From Calcarisporiella thermophila CBS 279.70 (Eukaryota; Fungi; Calcarisporiellomycota): 64,000 nucleotides of DNA. The DNA lies in NCBI RefSeq assembly GCF_041956535.1, contig NW_027192195.1, positions 536,150-600,149 on the forward strand, in the 5' to 3' direction. Below, in pieces: positions 47,904 to 62,020 of this stretch (positions are counted from its first letter, which is position 1; every line of letters starts with the position of its first letter). The position numbers were made by a program, and so were the translations under genes. The notes beneath the pieces are model-generated. The model saw nothing but the letters and a program-made list of their open reading frames with translations. It was not told the DNA's origin and searched no databases.

Positions 47904-50900
47904 GGAGGCGATGGAATGAGGGGAATGAGCAGGAATCCTTCGGACGAGGGGAGAGGAGCGGATGAAGATGGGGGAGGAGGCCGCAGAGTTTGAGTTTTAT
48001 AGCGGCCTAGGTTGAGTCGCGCGCGGATTCAGTCTCAACTTATCGAGCCTAATATCTGCTAATGGCCACAAAGCGTAGATGCGGGAACACCACGCTGGCC
48101 GAGTCAGCGCGAGGGCGAATCAGCAGCCCCGGCTGCGTCGTTGTGCACGGATGCACCAAAACCTTAAATTCCCGCCCGCCGTTTCTAATGGGAGATGGGC
48201 CGGCACGCCAGACGCTTTAACGGTTTATGGTTGGCGTCAATAAAGGGGTAATTGAAGCCTATGCGCAAACTCCCAAGGAGAGTGGGGAGGCGCTCCTCGG
48301 GCTCGTTTCTGAGCCGCAAAGCATGGGGGAGAGCAACGGGCCGTCCGCCCCCGGCCAATGCGCAGAGGGTGTGTACATTTCCGCGAAGCTTGTGCGTCGG
48401 TGGAATTCTCCAGAGAATGCGCATGGGCTCTACTCGCACTGTCTTGTTGATTTTCGCAGTGTACCACTGGGCGGGAGCCAAGCCATCGACGTCCTGGCCC
48501 TCCCTAATAAGAAAGCAGCCCTCCCTGTTGCAATTCTCCCTGATCAGGCTGGGCGGGGAACCAATCCTCGCGGGGTGTCAATCTCTAATCTAAGTGTTTC
48601 AGATCACGCCTATGAGCCGCGAGCAGACCGCGGCCTTGGGGGATCGAGCAGCGTGGCCTTCGGGTCGCTGTGGCCTAAGCTCACGGCGCTCTGACTGCAA
48701 CTGGCAAGGCGAGGCGAGGCCGACGGGCTTGATCCGTGGAGGCGGGTGGCCAGCTCGGGCCCAACCGATGGCTCAATATATTTTGCAACCACTGAGGCTG
48801 CCTTGTATCATCCAGCCACTCACCTCCATTTATAGCGCTTAGCCAGTGAACAGGGAGCGGATGCTCGACGAAACGTTCTCGGGCGGTTGATTTCCCCCCT
48901 CTCCTGCGGCCTCCTCCTTGGCCTACTTTGCCGTCATCTGCACCTGCAGAACAGTCTGACACGACCGGTGCATTTCTTGTACATTTGGCATCCGGCCCAC
49001 CTCCAAACCCACGAGTCCGCTGATTATCTAACTGCTTTTCTTCTTTTTATATCTTAAAAGTATTGGTCTCGGTGATCGTAATTTATTCTAAATGAGGTCA
49101 ATACCGGCATTGGAGGGATGAATGATATGGATATTACAGGTTATGTAGAGAATTTTTTTTTCTTTACCTGCTAGATTAATCATGGTGCTCAAACATCATA
49201 TAAACTCCTTTACTGCTTCCTGCTCTCTGTCTAGTTGTATATAAATAAACGAGCCGCTTGAACCCAAGACACCATGCTTTTCTCCCTGCCGAGCTCATGC
49301 AGTCTTTACAGTGTGGTATTCACACTGACAATGGCTCGAGAAACAAAAAGGAGGCTCTTTTTTCCACACACTCGTTCCACCGACCGAACGCGAATGCCTC
49401 TAGTTGAATGTAGAGCGCATTGCAAATGTCCTAAATAGTTGCAACTTTATTTAATTAGTCCTCCGAGCCTTGCATAAATTGCTCGCGGCAGTCAAACTGA
49501 AGGTTATCTGCCGGGTTTTACCAAAAAAGGGGGTTTCTGCCCTTTTAAGTAACCATTATGAAGAATGCACCGTGCATTATCTACCATCATGTTGAAGGGA
49601 GCCCGGAGCAGCAGCCATGGACGCTTCGTGCAGGAGCTTGATATTGGTCAGTAAAGTCAGACAGTGCATCGAAGCCGCCCTTTATTATAGCCGGCGTTGA
49701 TATGGCAGCATAACTTGGGAGATCCGGCTCCGGTTGCGAGTCGCAGAATTTGGGGGCGAGGGAAGTTGAGGAGCCCAAGCGACCTCTATGAAGGGGGTCT
49801 GCGAAAATGGGGTAGAAGGGCTCCAGCTAAGAGGATCGCGACCAGATTTCCCTGATGGGTGGCTGAAAACTGTCCCGTGATCCTGCCATGCTGGAATTTC
49901 ATGCGGCCGTCCATTTTTGGGCATCTCTACCTAACTTGCCCATGAAAGTATCGTTTCTAATCTTGGCGTCAAGGAGGGTGGGGAGGCTCGCACCGCCCCG
50001 CGGCACTCGCCCGCTTCAAAGGGGTTGAGCATCAGGGGTGTTGCGCAAAGGTTTGATGTGATCAGACCGAAGTCCAGGGCCAAAGCGTCAACTCGGTAGA
50101 CAGCTGCCGACTCTGCGCTTCTCCTGAAAGTCTGTTTTTTGGGGGGGGTGATTTGTGACGTCAATGCATGGCAGATGCATCACAGAAAGGCAAATTGTAT
50201 TTAAGGCCGGCCGATGGTTGCTAAGGATAGTTTTCACTAATGAAGCGTCCGCGAACATGCCTATCGTACGACGTAAACATCTACAGGTGAGGCGGAAGCG
50301 GCGAGCTGGTTTTCGAGATAGCGTAGTGCTCCGAAGATCGCCGGTTCTGGCTCAGAGAAAACTCCTCAAGTTTTCAGTCAAGCAGCGCATGCGCACACTG
50401 GATCTCGTTCGCTTGATCAAATCGCTTACGCTGTGAGGATGCGGCGAACCAGCCCCCCCTCCTCCCCCCTCCATTGAGTAATCTCCCCATCTGTTCTGCT
50501 ATCCTCTCCTCTAAACATCACTGCTATCTCCAATCTCTATTTCAATCTATTGTACACACTCATTTTGTCTGGCATACATATATATATCTTGTTATTTACT
50601 TTGGTTTACCCCCCTATAACTAATAATGCTCTTAATCAGCTAATGAATAAAAGCAATGTTGGCCTATGTTGTAAAAACAAGGACCCCCCCCATCCTATGC
50701 TTCCTGAAACCTTTCTATGGGCGCGGGCAGTAAGCCAAGCGCCCGGAGAGGAGAGGGAGGTTAGGCCTAACCATCCCACATGGATCACTCCTCTTTCTGG
50801 CCGATATTTCATGCCTACTACTAGCGGCATCCAATATTTATTAAAAAGAACTTGCCAACATACAAAAAAAAAAAGGACGATGTTTAAAAAAAAATATTTA

Positions 50901-51000
50901 AAATAAAAAAGCATGAAATAGTAAAGGTCTGAAAAAAAAAAGAGATGTTTGTAGCGTGTTTTTCAAGTGTATTGTACAGCCTAGCCTACCCGATGCGGGA

Positions 51001-54000
51001 TCAGATCCGTGCTGCATGCGGGGGCGGATACCGTCCTCTCTCGTGCCCGCGGCCATGGGGCACGCCGCCAGATGCTGAGGGGCGCCCCGTCGCAGCCCCC
51101 GCGTTCTTATTCATCATGATCCGCTTGAACCCGTTGATGAGCGACAGCACGTCGGGGTAGGAGGTGCGCCCGATCTTGAAGCCGTTCGGCATCACCTTGA
51201 TGATCCACCGGTTGCACTGGGTCTGCGGGCCAAGCTTGAACGCGAGGTTGAAGCTGCCCGGGTATTCAGGGGCGATGCAGAAGCCGTAGACGGACTGCCG
51301 CGGGTTGGCGAGGCACGCCGCGTTGAGGTGCTCGTTCAGCGACTTCAGCGAGCCCTTGCGGTACTTAGGGTTGGCCATCATCTCCTCGACCTTGCGCGCC
51401 GACGCCTCGATGTGCAGCACGATCAGCTCGTCGAGGTCGGAGTAGGTCATGTCGCCCACCTTGAGCTGCCGGCCCAGCGAGTGCTCGTTCTCCTTGTCCA
51501 GCTCCAGCACGTCCAGGTGCTGGTACACCCCGTCGTCCACCTTCCACGTGACGGCGATGTGGTCGGTGCCGCGGGACGAGGGGCGAATCACCAGGTCGCC
51601 GCGATTGCGGTTCTCGAGGTACTTCTCCGCCTGGCGATGCGTCATGTCCTTGAACATCGGGTGGTTGATGATGCGCGCCGCCCGCTTCTCCGCGTTCCGC
51701 TTGGCAATCCGCAGCCGTTTGACCTCGTACTCGGCCTCCTCGTCGAAGAACTTGTCCACCTCCACCCGCGGCGGCTCCTCGAAGCTCCTCTTCAGGTCGG
51801 CCTGCGCCGCCGACAGATGCACCATGAACCGCTCCTTGTCGATGTCGAGCACCACCGCCTCCACCGATTGGCCGGGGGTGAACAGCTGCGACACAGGGGT
51901 GTCCCCGAGGTCGCTGGCCTTCTCCTGGGTGATCTGCCCGTCCAGGTTGGAGTTGAGGCGACAGTGGACGTAGGGGTCGCGCACGCGGAGGATCTGCACC
52001 CGAATCACGGACCCGCGCCGGAGCGACTCGTCATCCTCGCCCGTAAGCATGGTGAACACCTCGTCCGGCGTCGGCTTCGTAAACGGCCGGCGATGGTCTC
52101 GGAAGGGGTCCTGCAGCTCCTCCTTGATGTGGATCAAGGTCATTCGCTTCGGGGTCTGGAACCGCTTTTCAAGCTCGTCGGCGTAGTCCTCGAGGATGAG
52201 GTCGTTGAGCTTGGCGGGATCGTTGCGCATCAATTCGGCTACCAGTTGCGATGCGGCCTCGTAGTCCTCGATGTCCTCGTCGACCTCGAGCGCGTCGGCC
52301 GCCATCTTACGGGCCAGATCGTAGTCCTCGGGATGAATTCGGGTATCATCGAGGACGTCCGCGGCGGTGGGGCGAATTCGGATAAAGCTCGCACAGTTCA
52401 TGAATATTGTCTTGGAGGTGAGGCGTCTTGTGATGAGATCCTTGCGCATCTCCAACTCCCCCCCCCTAGTGCAAAACAAAAGCTCCATGAATAGGGGGTG
52501 TAATGAAACCCACAGCAAAGTTTTGGCTCACCTCCTGTTGAATTCTCCGTATTAGAACCTGTGCCTTCCGGGGGCCGAAGCCACAAATATACTGCACCAC
52601 ATGGGAACGATATGGGACGTTGACACAATCATTAATGTCGACGCCGACCGAATTCACCACTTCCACCAGGGCGCGCTCAAGATTCTCCACCAGCAGATCT
52701 TGAGGCACCAGCGGCTGCAACGGGTGAAACCGAATGCTCGTCAAGTCCTTGCCGAGCGCCGCATACTCGTGCATGGGGCTCTGCAGCTTACGGGCCATGC
52801 TAATGCAGTAGCGCAGCTGCGGAGGAAGCTCTTTGAATTCGTTTTGTGCCTGCTTCGACTGATAATAGCGCTGGGCCACATCGTCATTCACCAGGGTGAC
52901 CAGGACTTCGTCGCGTGTGCGGAGCTCATGATCGCGCACTATATCACGGACTTTGTCGAGAAGCTTTCGGGTCTTCAGCGTGAAGCCGCCCACAATGACG
53001 GCATCCGGGTGGCGTTTTTCCAAGAAGTCGATCAGTCTGCCTTCGTTTTCCGACTCTCGCAAATTTTCCAGCGAGACGTGGTCGAGGAAGTTGCCCTTGT
53101 CGTCCAGAAATGCGCCCATGATGAGCTCCTTTTCGTTACAAGTAAGCGCGAGGACGCGTGGGTACGCTTCGGGGTCCATTCTCTCATTGCGATAGGGTGC
53201 GACATCAACCCGCTATCATTATTAACAAAAGAAACAGCCAATGTCAATCCTCAATATTTGGTTCGATAGGGGGATACACGTCATCCAAGCATCGACCCAT
53301 ACCGATTTCAGCTCATCCTTGCACAGTCTCGCAATTCGATCCAGAGCCTCCAGTCGCAGTTTCTCTTTGAGCCACTTTGTCATGATCGGACGCAGATACA
53401 TATCATGGACCATTTGAATCACGTCATCACGATGTTTGTTCCATTGCTTGTCGATTTCACTGTAACGATCAGCGCGGAAGTATTCTGCGATCCTATTAAG
53501 CGATTCCGGCTGCACTATGACCTCCACGGTCGTTAGTCCATCCGACTCCGACTGGAAAATTTGTGCAAACTGGCCGTCATTAAAGCTGGTGACAGGCTTC
53601 TCGAGAAGCCACTTGAACGCCTATTTCATGAAAATATACCCAGCATTACAATCCCCATTGCCCAACTAAAAAGAGAAACGGACTATAGAAAACACGTACG
53701 TAGTAAGGATGCCGCTCATCGATGATCCTTGCTCCCTTATCCGTTGCCCTCACGTTAATGTAGGAGTGAAACTCGTAGATCTCACGAATCATACGGCGAA
53801 CCTGGGGCTCACACGAAATCTCTTGTGCCAACATGTCTTTTGCTGCGCGTAAAACCTCATACGAAGTGTTGAACTCTTTACAGACAAAGTGCTCTGCCGC
53901 TTCCTCTGGATTCATGGTTGCATCGCGGGGAAAGGAATGTCGCATGCCAAGCAGAAGATTGGTGGCCAGGTCGCGCGACGATATCGAAAGCTCTTCAGCA

Positions 54001-55496
54001 AACTGTATGATAGTGGTGGACTTGTACCGTTCATAGAGGGGGTTTTTCTTCATGGGTCGTTTTAGGCCACGTTCGGCCTTGAGTTTCGCGATCCTCTCGG
54101 TGTAGTGCAGCCGCAACCAGTCGATCACATCCCCGAGTTCCTCGATACGCTCTGCTTGTCTAAGCAGCTGCTCCGCGTAATCATCCCGAATCATAAGCTG
54201 CTGGAAGTAGGCATGGAGCGCCTCTTTACGCTCAAGGAAGGAGCGATACTTGTAGTGCAGATCGTTGATGCGCCATAGCTCATCAGTGGAAAGAATGCAG
54301 GCCGCAATATTCTGCTCTTTATCAAGGACGTGGGTGAAGAAATCCTTGCGATGGGTGGCGATAAACGGCACCTCCAGGAACTCCTTGCCCAGAAAACCAA
54401 GAACATGTTGCACGGCATCACGCAGCATCGGACTAATGACCTCTTTACGCTCAAAGGCAAGTGTTTTAGTCACAAATTCTGCAGCTTCCTTGACCTCTTC
54501 ATCGGTTAGGCGGCGGTCGACATTAATCCCCGCTCGAGTCTGCATGCGTTCAGGAACATCACGCATGCGGATAAAATCGTCCTCTTCCGTTAACATCTTC
54601 TCCTTCAGCTCCATGGGTTCAAAGACATCCTTCAGCTTGGGCTCACGCTGTTCGCCTGTGTCATCCACAAGCAGATCTTCATCAGGTTCCTCTGCGAATT
54701 CTTCGTACTCCTCATATCCGAATATCTCATCCAGCTCATCCAAAGTCTCAGGGAATAGATCCTCCCCTTGGAAAGCATGGTCAGAGCGCCTGGCTGGCCG
54801 TGAAATTTGATCGTATGAATCGCGCTCACGCACGCGGTGCATATCAGCACGCTCTCCCATAGCACCCATGCTATCAAGCTGCTCATCCTCTTCACCCTCG
54901 TCATCAATGAAGTCATCCATCTCATCATACCGACGGTAACCACGATCATATGCACGATCTTCTTCCTCATCGGCCCATATATCATTCAAATCGCTTCTAG
55001 GTTTTTCTGACTCTGATTCACGATCAGTCCGACCTCGTTTCAAGCGTTTAAGCTTATTCTGTAATGCAACAAGATCAATCAATGCAAGGTCAAGATCAAT
55101 TCAAACGGCTGACGATCCTACCTCTGGTCTTGCAAATGTCAAACCGGTGTTCTCGGCAACTAGCTCCAAGTCTTCCTCGTCGAGAAGATCATCTTCAAGA
55201 ACCTTCCGCTTCTTCTTTTTTCGTGATACTCGCACTGCCTGCTCTTCGCCTTCCTCTTCTTCCTCGTCATCGTCGACAATAAATCCTTCCGCAATCTGAT
55301 AAATGAAAAAATTTACGGATCAATTTTATTTCCAGTTCAATAGGCAGGGTATAATTCTATTTACTCTGCGGGCCTCCTCTTCATTCTCTTCCTCCTCTTC
55401 CTCGTCGTCATCATAATCATCCGCTCCTCCGTATGGTGGAATGTCCTCTCCCTCTCCTTCCGAATCATGCGTGTGGCGATCTTCTTCGTCAGACAT
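51001..55496 (-). CDS. SPT6: Transcription elongation factor / histone chaperone Spt6
   Basis: Acidic N-terminus, DVPERMQ, EVPFIATHRKD, YqgF-like region, GVDIN, CGFGPRKA, LDDTRIHPEDYDLARKMAADALE, S1 domain and tandem SH2 (IRPSSRG.DH..VTWKV). Confidence 0.96.
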
Positions 55497-55860
55497 TATT
55501 AAGCTGTAATTTAATGCACTCACGATATCTGTGGAGAGCAAGTGCGAGGAATTAGGGGGGGATACCTACGAAGAAAGGAAATTGGGTACAAAACATAAGC
55601 CACAAATGACTTTTGAAAGCTCGAGTACCAAATTAACAGTTTTCTTCGACCTGATCAGAGAGCAGTTTGCAGAGCTTATATTGATAGATATATTTTTATA
55701 TATACATGGATTGTGCAAAAATGCACACTTTTTAAATGTGACTAACATCAAAATGCCAGAGTTTTATCAACAATTAATATAATCATTGCTGGAAATTCAA
55801 GGTAGATAGGCAATTATAGCTGGTGGGAGAGGGCAGAACATACACTCTGGATAAGGCTAT

Positions 55861-56289
55861 CTATTCTCTTGATTTAGAAAATAATCCACGCTCGCACAAT
55901 TTCTCGAATAGTTTATCACTATGTTTTTGAGCGAATAATGGGCTTGTGTTGAGTAACAGGGCATCTATCGTCTCATATGTATGACCGACATTAGCAAGAT
56001 TAGGAGGGTTTGCTTGGGTTATCTGAAAAATGGAGAGATTAAAAAATACAATTTGCAAACACAGGTCTCTCATCAACTTGTGTAGAGAAGAGCTTCTCAG
56101 AATAATTTTCCCAACGTTTACCTTAAATCCATCAGCGTTCAATAATATCTGAATGGTGATCCCTTCCAACAGCTTTAGTTCCAATTCACCTTCTTCTTTT
56201 TCTAGGGAAATTGTTAACACGCGAACTGAATCAGGGTGGATGCCCCACTCATAGTTTTTAATAATATTATCGATTTCTTCCTGTATCAT
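55861..56289 (-). CDS. GSKIP-domain (DUF727) protein
   Basis: LKLLEG..IQILLNADGF...YETIDALL...SPLF..K.SDKLFEKL pattern; one internal intron. Confidence 0.75.
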   Translation of the reverse strand: MIQEEIDNIIKNYEWGIHPDSVRVLTISLEKEEGELELKLLEGITIQILLNADGFKVNVGKIILRSSSLHKLMRDLCLQIVFFNLSIFQITQANPPNLANVGHTYETIDALLLNTSPLFAQKHSDKLFEKLCERGLFSKSRE

Positions 56290-56870
56290 ATAGCACGAAA
56301 ATAAGTTGGTAGAAGAGAGGATTTCAAAGTAGCAAAATTGGTCTTACATTACTGGACTCAGGTAATGATTGGCTACAAAGAAAGGCTTATATTAAAATAC
56401 TAAATGCGAGGTTGAAGCTCTGTCGAGATAATAGCATGACCTTTATGACGTAGTGGGGTGTGAATGAAACAACGACACGGAAGGTTTTTACAAGTCGTTT
56501 CAACTTGTGTCTTTACGGTAAACATATACTACATCCACTCACGCGAGTTGGCCATCATCCTTAATATACTCTCTCTCCCTAGAGCTAATCGAGGGTGGCA
56601 AACCTCTTCTTCACCAGCAAAACATGTGATCCAGTGCAATGTTGAAGCAATTGTGAAATTATATATACAAATACATAGAAAGAAAAAAAAAATGAAAAAA
56701 AGGAAATAAAAAAGATTAATGGCAATATAAAAATAATAAAAATAAAAACTAACGTTATCTTTAAACTCTTCTGCGTTCATAGAAGAATCAACATGCTAAG
56801 GGAGAGAAAAACAGGGGGGAAAAAAATACAAATGTCCAGAGTAGTTAATAGTAGAGCGGATAAGAACATA

Positions 56871-58232
56871 TCAAGCCATTCCGAAACCATCCACGGACGA
56901 TTCCAAAAACCCTGACTGCCCCCCTGCCTTTGGTAGTACAAGACCGTTCAGTATGGCTGGCCGGCAATGCCCATTAGTTCCTGCTGCATCCATGACATCC
57001 CCACTGTTTCCACCACTACCACCACCGCTGTCATGGTGCGGGGGCGTTTCAGCTATCTCGCCCATGGCGGGAATATTCAGCCCAGCGAAGTTCTGGCGAG
57101 AGATTTGTTGTATCGAGGGGTTGGATGAAACGGATTGGTTAGAGGGAGATGTATTGGCGGGCGCAATTGCCTCGAGCAGCGTATCTCGTACTCGCAAAGT
57201 TCGGGCTCGACGATTTACCAGTAGTACTGGACGCGACAAGAGGGGTTGCGGACGGTGATATCGCACAGCTTCCAGCACTGCGTTCACTTCTTCATCCGAA
57301 TCCAGACTGACATCTTCCCGCTCTACTTGAGACGGAGCATGAGTTGCAGCTTGCTGCCCAGCAGCCAATGCTGAGGATTTTGATGTGCCTGGTGGAACAC
57401 CGGCAAACCTGTTGGTCGACTTTTTCTGGTACGCTGCTAGTAATACATCATATGGCTGCGAACGCCCAACCACACCGCGTTTCGATGCCATTGAATGGTT
57501 CTTACAGGTCAAAGATCGTGTGCACTGCTGATTTGGACCCATCTGAACACCACACTGGCGATCAAGATCAATTTCCCCTTTGACGCGGGTTGATTTTTTC
57601 TCTTTAGGTGCCTTTTCTTTCCGCTTCTTCTCCGACTTTTCGGGCTTGGGATCATCTTGTGGCGGGCGTTTACCGGCTACCATGACTGTTTCTGACACTA
57701 ATAAAGGAAGAAGAAGTATGAATGAACACGTTCAGCGTTAAGGCCATTGCAAACATTATACCATCGGAACTGTTGGATGCAATCGACGCTTTTCGCTTTT
57801 TTCTTGGTTTAGTGAGCTTGAGTGTGTGGGAGGGGGTTGCTGGAACATCAGCTAGAGAATCCGATTGATTAATAGTTGAACTTGTGACTTGATTTAGGTC
57901 ACCATTTGATTTTCGACAATTTTCTGCAAAAATAGAAACAATGTGAGCCGTAATTTTACAAATAACCCACAAAAGCACCTACTCAAGTGTTGGGCGAAAT
58001 TACTCGGTAACACTGGTTTCGAACATTCCTTGCATCGTACCACCATGACATCTTCATCGAGTGGCTTAACTCCGAATGTTTTCATCGTTTTGATGTCTAA
58101 TGTCGACGCCGATGATAAACTTAAATCTGAATCATTATTATCTAGAGACTGATCTGTCTGCTCCTCTAATTTGGCTTGAAGAGCTTGCCATGCCTCTGCT
58201 GGATTTCTTCCGTCGAAGATTGAGCTGGACAT
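56871..58232 (-). CDS. SGF73: SAGA deubiquitination-module subunit Sgf73/Ataxin-7
   Basis: N-terminal zinc finger FG.KPL....VRCKECSKPVL...F.QH..NC; SCA7 domain IDLDRQCGV....CTRSLTCKNHSM.SKRGV.GRSQPYDVLL; DSDEEV..V. Confidence 0.9.
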
Positions 58233-58735
58233 CAGAATAAATTATTAGTAGATTGCAACGACTAATTGTCCTCCCCGGAATAAATCGTCTCAGTATGAAT
58301 AGTAGTAGGCAACGGCGATTGTTGAGGAAGGATTTTCTAAAGCAATTCCCGGGATGTCTTTTAATTGAGGTAGAGCAATTCTAGTATGAAAGCGCAATTT
58401 CCAGATTAGCAAATGATTATTCAACCCATCATAAGGTTTTAGATTTTGCGTCAAGAATGGGGGATGGAAGGGAATGCTCGACACCTACCTCCACTGATGA
58501 GCTGAGATTTTGTTCCTGAAATCTTTAGTCACTTAATCTCTCTTGAGCACACCACTAGCAGATTTTTTCAGTGGCTTTGCGGAAAAAACAAATGACGTCA
58601 CATCTAAAATTCAAAATCCGACCGAAGTGTTCAATCCTTTTTGGGGGAAATGAAAAGGATTAAAATAAGGATGGGGAACTTGAGTGAGCTGGATTGTCAG
58701 TCAGTTGCATTAGCCTTCGAAGGACGCATTTATCA

Positions 58736-59975
58736 ATGGGATTTGTATTTGGCGATTTTTCCTCGTTATGCTTCGAAGCTCCCACAATGGCGGTGTGTAA
58801 TTTCTATCGTGATAGAGTTATCCCGCAATGCGGACTTATCGGGATCAAAACGGCCACAGGCAACACGGTTAAAAATCTAGGTTGGTTGTGAAAACATACA
58901 CGTAATTGACATGCTTTTAACCGTTAATGCAACCAAAAATAACTAGGGGACATTATAATATGTTCGCTGATGCTTCTCTTCATACTGGAAGTGTGCTGGA
59001 AGTCAAGGCGGAGAGTCCTCGCTGTCGGTAAGGGAACTTTCCGTGGGTTTAAAGAGTTTCGAGTTAACCCGCACCTTCACCTTAGGCTACAAGGAGATAA
59101 CTTTATTTTTTACACTCTATATGCTCTTACTGTTTTTTCAGATATTTGCAACTGGTGGTTTTCTAGTAGATAAAACGGAGAGCATTATGGTAGTGTCCTA
59201 TTGCCCCTCAACGATGTATTTATCAAATTAATCCGTTATATAATAGTGGGTAACCTCTATATACATCGGACTAGTTACTGCTACTTCTGCTGTTCTCGTG
59301 ATAAATGCGATAGTAGGTGAGTGCGAGTGTCTTATTAAAATCTCATACAACCATATGCTCGCTTACAATCTTGCATTTCAGCACTTCAAGTATTCGAGGA
59401 CGGAACGCTCGTCTCAACTTTTGTAAGTTTTCTTTTATGCCAATGCCCCATTTTGTTTACTAATACCTTTTCCTACTCTTAAGAGCACCTTTTCCATATC
59501 CGTTCTTTTCTTCATTGCCTCCAGCTATCTCGCATTCAATATAGGCCATGAACTCGCTCTCTCCAATGACGAGTTTTCAACAAACATTCAAAGGAGAATC
59601 ACAGTCCTTTTTGGTCTTTATGTAGTGCTACCTTTAGTATGCGTTGGCATTTACACTGTTCTGCAAATTTTTATTGTGTATCGGAAACTTGATATTCGAA
59701 AGCCTCTATGTGAGTGATCTACTATCCCTCTCTCACTAGTTCACATACTTATTTGTTTTCTCTGATTAGTCCGCCTTTATTTTGCCCTGGCATGTTTTGT
59801 AGCCGCCCAGCCGGTTTTCCTGATAGCGAGCATGTCCATATGCAAAACCACAAAACAAACCATCGACGGATCTCCTTTCGCTACGTTTTTGGTATCACTA
59901 GCAGTCTATCAGATGTATAAATATTGGGCGGATATCACTGAAGAGGAGTGGGAGGGTGAAAATGATCCATTCTAG
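58736..59975 (+). CDS. CHS7: Chitin synthase export chaperone (Chs7 family), multi-exon
   Basis: MGFVFGDFSSLC...CN, RRVLAVGYKEI..FF.LY, TGGFL, WVTSIYIGLV.AT...L.INAIV, QVFEDGT and C-terminal KYWADITEEEW. Confidence 0.8.
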
Positions 59976-60139
59976 GAAAAAGGGAATATGGCGATAAAAA
60001 GGTAGGGAATTTTGTCTAAATTAAACAATTAAGGTTTAATGACGAGGATGATAAAATATATAAATTTGTTTACAGTTATTAAGGTTGATGAGGGGTTTAC
60101 TAATATAATGTATACAACATGCCATCTCTATAGGGTTTC

Positions 60140-61798
60140 TCATTCCATCACAAATTGGAATCTTGCACTGATTGAGAGGTGATCCGATGGGATTCCGTAC
60201 CAAGGAAATCCAGGAACATGCTGCAGTTCGTGCGGCGCAGGCAGTGCTAGGCGCTCTCTTAGCGCCAGTTTTGGCCGCCGCTCTCCTTTCTCATCTGAGA
60301 ATTCTTCTTCATGTTTTTTCAAATTACCATAAAAGATATAATCGCAGGTCAATCGCGCATGCTGATGATATGTGGTGAAGTCGCTTCTCCGAAACGGAAA
60401 GTATACCGACCGGAGGTCAAAATCGTGAGTGAGGATATGTTTGTGCTCATGCTGTTGCGAAGTGGTGCGGTTGAAGAGTTGGGGAAATATTGAGTTACGA
60501 GTGCGCGAGAGTTCACGAATCAATGCAGAATTATATGGGCCAACAGAGCGGCGATTATACTGATGACGATGGTTATGACGCGACAAGTAGCGGGGAGGAG
60601 AAACTTGACCGGACATGTATTCTTCTTCGATAGTTGAGAGATTTATATTCCCTAGATCATGTGGTGGTGGAAGTTGTATTATCTTTTCTTTTTATACTTA
60701 CTTTCTGTCCGGGGGGATTACCTTTAGTTATGTAATTAAATATGGAAGTATACGGAAGTGTGTTGAAATCACCACAGAGTACTGGAAAGAAGAAAAAGAC
60801 AGATAAATTACGACTAACTAGAGGTTGGTAAACAAAATTAAATCCACCTAATGATATATTTTCATCCGAATGCATCAAATCCCTTATGCAGTTGAAGAGT
60901 AAATCAAGCTGAGCTACTTTGTGGAGACCTCGCTTGGGGTTGAATAGGATATGTGTATTTGCGACACAGAGTTTACAAGACGGATCTTAAATAAAAGCCG
61001 CTAAATTGAGTAAAATTTGTAAGATATAAAAGCAGAAATAGTCTCACCTTTTCTATCTTGTAATATAATGATTATTGCTACATTGTTTCTATCTAATAAA
61101 TGTCCCTGATGATACTCTAATAGCTGTTCTTTAATAATTTTGAACCTAATTATTATAAAAAATTTAGACTATTAAGCGACGGATATCCCCAAGCGTTTGA
61201 GATATATGGGATGAGCACCTTCTATGGTTGACAAATATTGCACACCCATCTTTAAGTTCTCCCCCCGTTCTTTGTTTGTACGAGCCGTAAAAGTCACGCT
61301 GTTTAAAAAATGGCAAGAAATCACGCTCATAGTGGATCTGGTCCACCTCCTTTAGGATAATTAAAACAGATAAATATCCCCTGTAAAGAAAGATTAAATA
61401 AGCATGGTAGATACTTGAAGGCAGTAAATATCACTATTTCGTTCTAGAATGTAAAGTTCAATAAAGTGAGACAACACATTTAACCAGCCAGCAGTCGTTT
61501 CCTAATAACCTTGAAGCTCCTTAAGCAAGACTTTACTTCTCTTTTTCCATTGCAATTGATCGGATTCTATATGATTGTATAGGTATTCGTTCTTCTGGAC
61601 GAGGGAATCCGCCAGTATGTTATAGGATGTGATTGTGAATGGGTCGGAGAGGCTCTCTATCAAAATGCGAGATTACCAAACTTATCTCTATACCAAATCT
61701 ATTATTTTCTTACCTCCTGCCAACGTGGAATTAATCAACTTCCACGATCTTGAAAAGAGTTTACTATAACGATGGGACATATTTTCGAATTCTACCAT
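60140..61798 (-). CDS. CCR4/Angel/Ngl-family EEP phosphoesterase
   Basis: FTITSYNILA, LQEVD, DGCAIF, NVAII, CVANTHILFNPKRG..K.AQL, LCGDFN, DYIFY and PSDHL; the FNPKRG motif suggests the Angel subgroup. Confidence 0.85.
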
Positions 61799-62020
61799 GA
61801 ATTTCACCCTCTGCAATTCAATGGACTTTTATATATCTGAAAAAGGTCGATTGTGGCTGCTTGCAACCTCGGCTGAAATCTATTATTTTTTGTTCAGGAT
61901 AAGCAATAATTTTTTTCGCAAAAATTTTGTTCTAGTAGTTCATTCTCACACCGTTATCCACTACTTTTCCTATTTATTTTGTTTTCCTCCTATGCTCGGT
62001 GAACGCAAACAAGACATTTG

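Noticed and set aside
51328-53269. 388-aa and 222-aa plus-strand ORFs opposite SPT6
   Set aside because: Same antisense artefact of high GC3.
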